From the NCBI GenBank assembly GCA_965197475.1, contig CBDANF010000003.1:3584001-3648000 (forward strand): a DNA stretch of 64,000 nucleotides. The letters are read 5' to 3'. The translations under genes and the position numbers were made by a program. Under the pieces are notes generated by a model. It did no database searches and was not told the DNA's origin. It worked only from the letters and a program-made list of their open reading frames with translations. The first letter of the stretch is position 1. Each line of letters begins with the position of its first letter. This document shows, in pieces, positions 59,423 through 64,000 of this stretch. Origin of the DNA: Candidatus Poribacteria bacterium. Its GTDB lineage: Bacteria; Poribacteria; WGA-4E; WGA-3G.

Positions 59423-62368
59423 ATGCTACACGAAGACACTATTACCGCTAAACTTGTTGACATACTTGAAACGATGCGTACTGAGTGGGACGTAGAACCA
59501 CAGAATACGCAAACGTTCCTCCGAGAAGGTGAACGGCCGGATCTTACCGTTAAAGAGAATGGGCGCGATCCTGTTGTTATAGAGGTAAAAATAGATAAAC
59601 CTAACACTCCAGACCTTAGCGGTGAAGCACAAGCGAGAAAACACTTAGGTAAACAACTTACATCTTACGAACGTGTAGCCACTGCAATGGCACTAAGATT
59701 GCCACATCGGTTACGAGGAATACCACATCGCGAGTTGGAAGATAAATTACGCAACGCCGATGACCTCTATTATGTTCTGCTCAGCGGTGATACCCCCGAG
59801 GATGTCCACCGCTTTCCGAATGACGGGTGGATTAAAGCAAGTTTAACGGATGTCGCCACAGCAATTTGCATAGGTGCTATTCCTATCTCAAAGGTTACCA
59901 AAGCCGCTTATGATTTAGAACATGGTGTGAATGAAACCGCACTACTCTTAGAAGCAGCGATACATGAACGCCCGGAGATTGGACGACAGATTGAAGAAAT
60001 TCTCCATCAAGAAGCATGCGAACAAACCTCCCGGATGGCGATGTTAATCATTACAAACGCTTTTGTATTTCAGAGTTCACTTGCACGCAGCCCCGGCCTG
60101 GAAACCGTCCCATCTCTCAGTCAACTTCGTGCACTCAACGAAAGGTTGAAGTCTACGCAAATCTTGGAGGCATGGGACCAAATTCGTCATGTAAATTATC
60201 GTCCAATTTTTGATGTTGCTTCTAAACTCGTTGATATGTTAGCTTCAGATGATAGATTAGTAGGGCGGGTTTTGTATCTCTTACGAAACACAGCACAGAA
60301 ATTGGTAGATAGAGGACTTGCTCAGGTGCATGAATTGGCAGGGATTGTGTTTCAACGCTTAACTGTTGACCGGAAGTTTATTAAAACATATTACACGCGC
60401 CCCGAATCTGTAGCATTGCTTGCAGCACTCGTTTTACCTGATGACATCTTGATGAATGGTGATTGTGAAACTATAAGAAAGTCTTTATCCGAACTCAAGG
60501 TAGCAGATTTTGCCTGTGGTACCGGTGCTTTATTAAATGGGGTTTACCAGCGAATATTGACACTATATGAACAGACAAATGGAAATGGGCGAGACATTCA
60601 TCAGCACATGGTCGAAAACAACCTCGTTGGGTGTGATATTATGCCAAATGCCAGCCACCTCACCGCCGCACTGATTGCAAGCAATTTTCCCGATGTAAAG
60701 ATTGGAAAAACGCGTATTGACGTCATGGAATACGGCACCAAACGTTCAGATGGACTATACGCATTAGGAACATTGGATTGGATTGAAGATCCGGAGGGGG
60801 TACTGCCATTGGACTTAATAAATACGCAGAGAGTACAAGGGGGAGCCTCCCAAGACGACACGCCACAACAAGAATTCCGACATGAGGAAATGGATGTAGT
60901 GGTTGATAATCCACCTTTCACACGGGCAGGTGCTGACAATAATGCCGCTGACCCTGATATTCCTAAAACTCTCTTTGGAGATAGAGATCCGACCATAGCA
61001 GCGGAAATGAAACGCAGGCTTCGAAACATCAAGGATTCAATCGGAAATAGCGGTCATCTTGCTTCCTACTTTGTTGACTTAGCAGACAAAGCACTTAAAC
61101 CAAATGGGCAGAGTGTGATGGGGTTCGTTCTTCCAATCATTGTACTGACTTCTCCAGACTGGGAAAAAGCACGAAACCTGTGGACACAAAAATACAATGA
61201 TGTGGTAGTTATTACCATTGCGGCCTCAAAAATCGAAGACTGTGCATTTTCCGCGGACACAAGTATGGCTGAGTGTCTCGTCGTGGCCCGCAAGGGAAAA
61301 TCAGAAAATACAGGCCGTGGTACGTTTGTCTGTCTTCATCAAAGACCAGATAGTCATTTAGAGGCATTTGAGATGGCAAAGGGTATCCAACGTCTTCAAA
61401 AAGTCAGATGTTTGGAAGATCCTCCGATTGGTGGAAACCCTATCAAAGTTGGAAATAGAGAAATTGGACAAGCTTTAAATTGTTCATTACAAGATGTATG
61501 GGCAGCTTCACGGATTAAGGAATTCGCTCTGATTCAATGTGCTCATCACCTAGCAAATGGACATATCTGGTTACCTCAGCAACAAGAGAAACTTGAAATT
61601 CCCATGACTTCTGTAGGCGAGATTGCGACAATCCACTCCTATGATCATCGAAAGAATTCAGACGGACCATTCGATATAGAAGAGGAAACATCTGATACAG
61701 ACTTATATCCCGGCCTATGGCATGTCAATTCTGAGCACCAACGTACGTTGTTGGTTTCCCCGGATTGCCACGCTATTATTCGTTCTAATTCTTGGGACAG
61801 AGCGCAACAAGTCCTGGGAAAAAGTAGTCGTGTTCACCATAATGCAGCCTTACACTTTAATGTAAATTCTTTAGCAGTACTCTTTACAGAAAGCCCTACT
61901 ATTGGAGTCAATTTACTTCCTACTGTTAAATTTGATCATGTATTGTATGACTATGTTTGGAGTTTGTGGAGTAATTCAACTTTGGGAATGTTGTGTTATT
62001 GGATGCATTCTGCCAAACGACAGGCAGGACGGGGATGGATCAGACTGAAAGCTCTGAGTTCCATGCCAACACTAGATGTGCAGCAATTGGATGAAGCAGC
62101 TTTACAAAACGCTAAAGGTATCTTTGATGAGATAAAGCATAAAAAGATGCTTCCGTTTAACCAGATGTATGAAGATAAGGTGCGTCATGAACTTGATCGC
62201 CGCTTGTTGTCTGAGGTACTTGGCTTCAGTGAGGAGAGGCATCCGGAGGTTCATGAAGGGGTTCGGATTCTTCAGGAGCGTTTGTGTGCGGAGCCAAGCA
62301 TACATGGCGGTAAGAAGTCAAAGGTTGTATTGCCTGATTGTGATCTCACAATCTCCGATAATCCTTGA
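59423..62368 (+). CDS. Type IIG-like fused restriction endonuclease/N6-adenine methyltransferase
   Basis: RPDL..IEVK nuclease motif; YYTRP, DFACGTGALL (motif I), DNPPF (motif IV). Confidence 0.82.
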   Translation: MLHEDTITAKLVDILETMRTEWDVEPQNTQTFLREGERPDLTVKENGRDPVVIEVKIDKPNTPDLSGEAQARKHLGKQLTSYERVATAMALRLPHRLRGIPHRELEDKLRNADDLYYVLLSGDTPEDVHRFPNDGWIKASLTDVATAICIGAIPISKVTKAAYDLEHGVNETALLLEAAIHERPEIGRQIEEILHQEACEQTSRMAMLIITNAFVFQSSLARSPGLETVPSLSQLRALNERLKSTQILEAWDQIRHVNYRPIFDVASKLVDMLASDDRLVGRVLYLLRNTAQKLVDRGLAQVHELAGIVFQRLTVDRKFIKTYYTRPESVALLAALVLPDDILMNGDCETIRKSLSELKVADFACGTGALLNGVYQRILTLYEQTNGNGRDIHQHMVENNLVGCDIMPNASHLTAALIASNFPDVKIGKTRIDVMEYGTKRSDGLYALGTLDWIEDPEGVLPLDLINTQRVQGGASQDDTPQQEFRHEEMDVVVDNPPFTRAGADNNAADPDIPKTLFGDRDPTIAAEMKRRLRNIKDSIGNSGHLASYFVDLADKALKPNGQSVMGFVLPIIVLTSPDWEKARNLWTQKYNDVVVITIAASKIEDCAFSADTSMAECLVVARKGKSENTGRGTFVCLHQRPDSHLEAFEMAKGIQRLQKVRCLEDPPIGGNPIKVGNREIGQALNCSLQDVWAASRIKEFALIQCAHHLANGHIWLPQQQEKLEIPMTSVGEIATIHSYDHRKNSDGPFDIEEETSDTDLYPGLWHVNSEHQRTLLVSPDCHAIIRSNSWDRAQQVLGKSSRVHHNAALHFNVNSLAVLFTESPTIGVNLLPTVKFDHVLYDYVWSLWSNSTLGMLCYWMHSAKRQAGRGWIRLKALSSMPTLDVQQLDEAALQNAKGIFDEIKHKKMLPFNQMYEDKVRHELDRRLLSEVLGFSEERHPEVHEGVRILQERLCAEPSIHGGKKSKVVLPDCDLTISDNP

Positions 62369-62394
62369 CAGATGGGTTTTGTTAAGGTTAAAAT
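62365..62394 (+). promoter_or_regulatory. Putative sigma70 promoter of metG
   Basis: ttgaca-N18-taaaat. Confidence 0.45.
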
Positions 62395-62591
62395 AGGGCT
62401 TATAGTGAAATATAAAAATATGTTTACACACATGGTAGCAGGCACGCTCCGTGGGTTTCTGTCCGCACATTTAGTATTGGTTTGATGCTTTGTAAGCGCG
62501 CTGAATAACATGTAAAGTTAATTGTAAAATCTACTATAATGCCAGTTTATGAACAAAAGTATAAAACGGATTTAATCATAAAAAGAATATA

Positions 62592-64000
62592 ATGAATACA
62601 TTTTACGTCACCACCCCCATCTACTACGTCAACGGTGAACCACACGCAGGACACGCCTATACCACTATCGCAGCCGATGTTTTGGCACGTTATCACCGCC
62701 TCAAGGGTGATGAAGTATTCTTCCTTACTGGCGTTGATGAACATGCTGTCAATGTGTATAACGCTGCGAAAGAGGAAGGTGTCTCTCCGCAAGCTTTCTG
62801 CGACAAGATGGCACCGATTTTTATCAAACTGTGGGAACATCTGAATATCTCGAACGATATTTTCTTGCGCACAACAAGCGATATACACAAGCGCGGTGCA
62901 CAGAAATTCCTGAATGTGCTCTATGAGAGTGGTGATGTGTATAAAGGCACCTACGAAGGATTTTATTGTCTCTCATGTGAAGAGTTCTTTCCAGAAAAAG
63001 AGCTGACAGATGAGAAAATCTGCCCTGATCATAAAATACCTCTGCAGTGGTTAGAAGAAGAGAACTATTTCTTTAGGCTCTCCAAGTATCAGGATCGACT
63101 ACTTGCGCATATTCGCGAGAATCCGGATTTTGTTTACCCCGCAACTCGGCGCAATGAGTTAGTAAACTTCCTGGAATCCGGGTTACAAGATGTCAGTATT
63201 TCCCGTTCCTCCCTATCATGGGGAATTCCGTTTCCATTTGATCCAGAGCATATTATCTACATCTGGATAGAGGCTTTGAGTAACTATATGACCGCACTTG
63301 GTTATGAAACCGAAAGTGAGCGTTACCAAACGTTTTGGCCCGCTGATGTTCACATGATGGCGAAGGACATCACCCGTTTTCACGCGTTGCTTTGGCCTGC
63401 GATGTTGATGTCTGCCAACTTACCACTTCCGAAGCAGATCGTCGGACACGGTTGGTTGACGAAGGATGGCGAGGCGTTGAGTAAAACGCGTGGTATCGTC
63501 ATCGATATGGATGCCGACATTGCGACTTATGGTGTGGACGCGTTCCGTTATTATCTGCTGCGCGAGTTTAGCTTTGGGAACGATGGTGACTACCGTCCTG
63601 CTCGTTTGCATGAACGCTACAATGCAGACCTTGCAAACGATTTAGGTAATCTGCTGAATCGTGTCCTCGGGTTGGTCAATAAAAACTTTGATGGGATACC
63701 AGCACCGACAACCCCAGGTGAATTTGACAATGAGGTTGCGACGATGGCGCAAGAAACGTTTGATAATGTAGAGGCGTATATGGTGTCGTTTGCATTCGAC
63801 AGCGCATTGGAGACTATCTGGGAGTTTGTGCGACGCATCAACCGCTATGTGCAACAGACCGAAGTCTGGACCCTTGCGAAGCCAGAGACAAAACCGAGAA
63901 TGGGAACTATTCTTTACAATAGTTTAGAAGCATTGCGATTCATCTCTGTGCTGGTATCACCGTTTATTCCGGATACTGCTGAGAAAATTCAAAAACAGAT
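62592..64000 (+). CDS. metG: Methionyl-tRNA synthetase (runs off the window end)
   Basis: MNTFYVTTPIYYVNGEPHAGHAY, TGVDEH, C..C/CPDH knuckle, EENYFFRLS, ALSKTRG (KMSKS-like). Confidence 0.95.
   Translation, partial: MNTFYVTTPIYYVNGEPHAGHAYTTIAADVLARYHRLKGDEVFFLTGVDEHAVNVYNAAKEEGVSPQAFCDKMAPIFIKLWEHLNISNDIFLRTTSDIHKRGAQKFLNVLYESGDVYKGTYEGFYCLSCEEFFPEKELTDEKICPDHKIPLQWLEEENYFFRLSKYQDRLLAHIRENPDFVYPATRRNELVNFLESGLQDVSISRSSLSWGIPFPFDPEHIIYIWIEALSNYMTALGYETESERYQTFWPADVHMMAKDITRFHALLWPAMLMSANLPLPKQIVGHGWLTKDGEALSKTRGIVIDMDADIATYGVDAFRYYLLREFSFGNDGDYRPARLHERYNADLANDLGNLLNRVLGLVNKNFDGIPAPTTPGEFDNEVATMAQETFDNVEAYMVSFAFDSALETIWEFVRRINRYVQQTEVWTLAKPETKPRMGTILYNSLEALRFISVLVSPFIPDTAEKIQKQ

Noticed and set aside
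1-64000. CRISPR array, tRNA or rRNA genes
   Set aside because: Repeats are dispersed palindromes, not regularly spaced direct repeats; no cas genes, cloverleaf or rRNA-like segments were recognised by eye.

Overview
Bacterial chromosomal window, most likely from a Candidatus Poribacteria-like sponge symbiont. This assignment is inferred from several PhyH dioxygenases, LamG/CBM9 proteins ending in an AV[ED]Px[GA]KLxx[TV]W[GA]x[LI]K tail, cohesin/dockerin/FlgD-Ig proteins, a sulfatase and Uma2/Rpn/HEPN modules. Intact housekeeping genes (moaDE, folB, waaA, trxA, asd, mtnK, an aspC-like aminotransferase, iscS, metG) alternate with accessory genes, many of them decaying. Mobile DNA includes an IS701/IS4-like element, an IS630, an IS982, an ISAs1 remnant, MITEs and several REP-like palindrome families. 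The most notable candidates are: (1) a single gene, split by one in-frame TAA, encoding 2x XseA-type OB-fold + Zn ribbon + PD-(D/E)xK nuclease + degenerate macrodomain, next to an orphan RpnS-like ORF; (2) a three-gene operon ending in a secreted Cys/His-repeat protein that can be reconstructed exactly across an IS630 insertion; (3) three tandem secreted paralogs with swapped C-termini (cohesin+spondin+CTD, dockerin, and a lost dockerin); (4) an ElbD-like FAR-adenylation-ACP-acyltransferase whose adenylation motifs are degenerate. No CRISPR array, rRNA or tRNA was seen. All domain calls come from motif recognition by eye, not from database searches.
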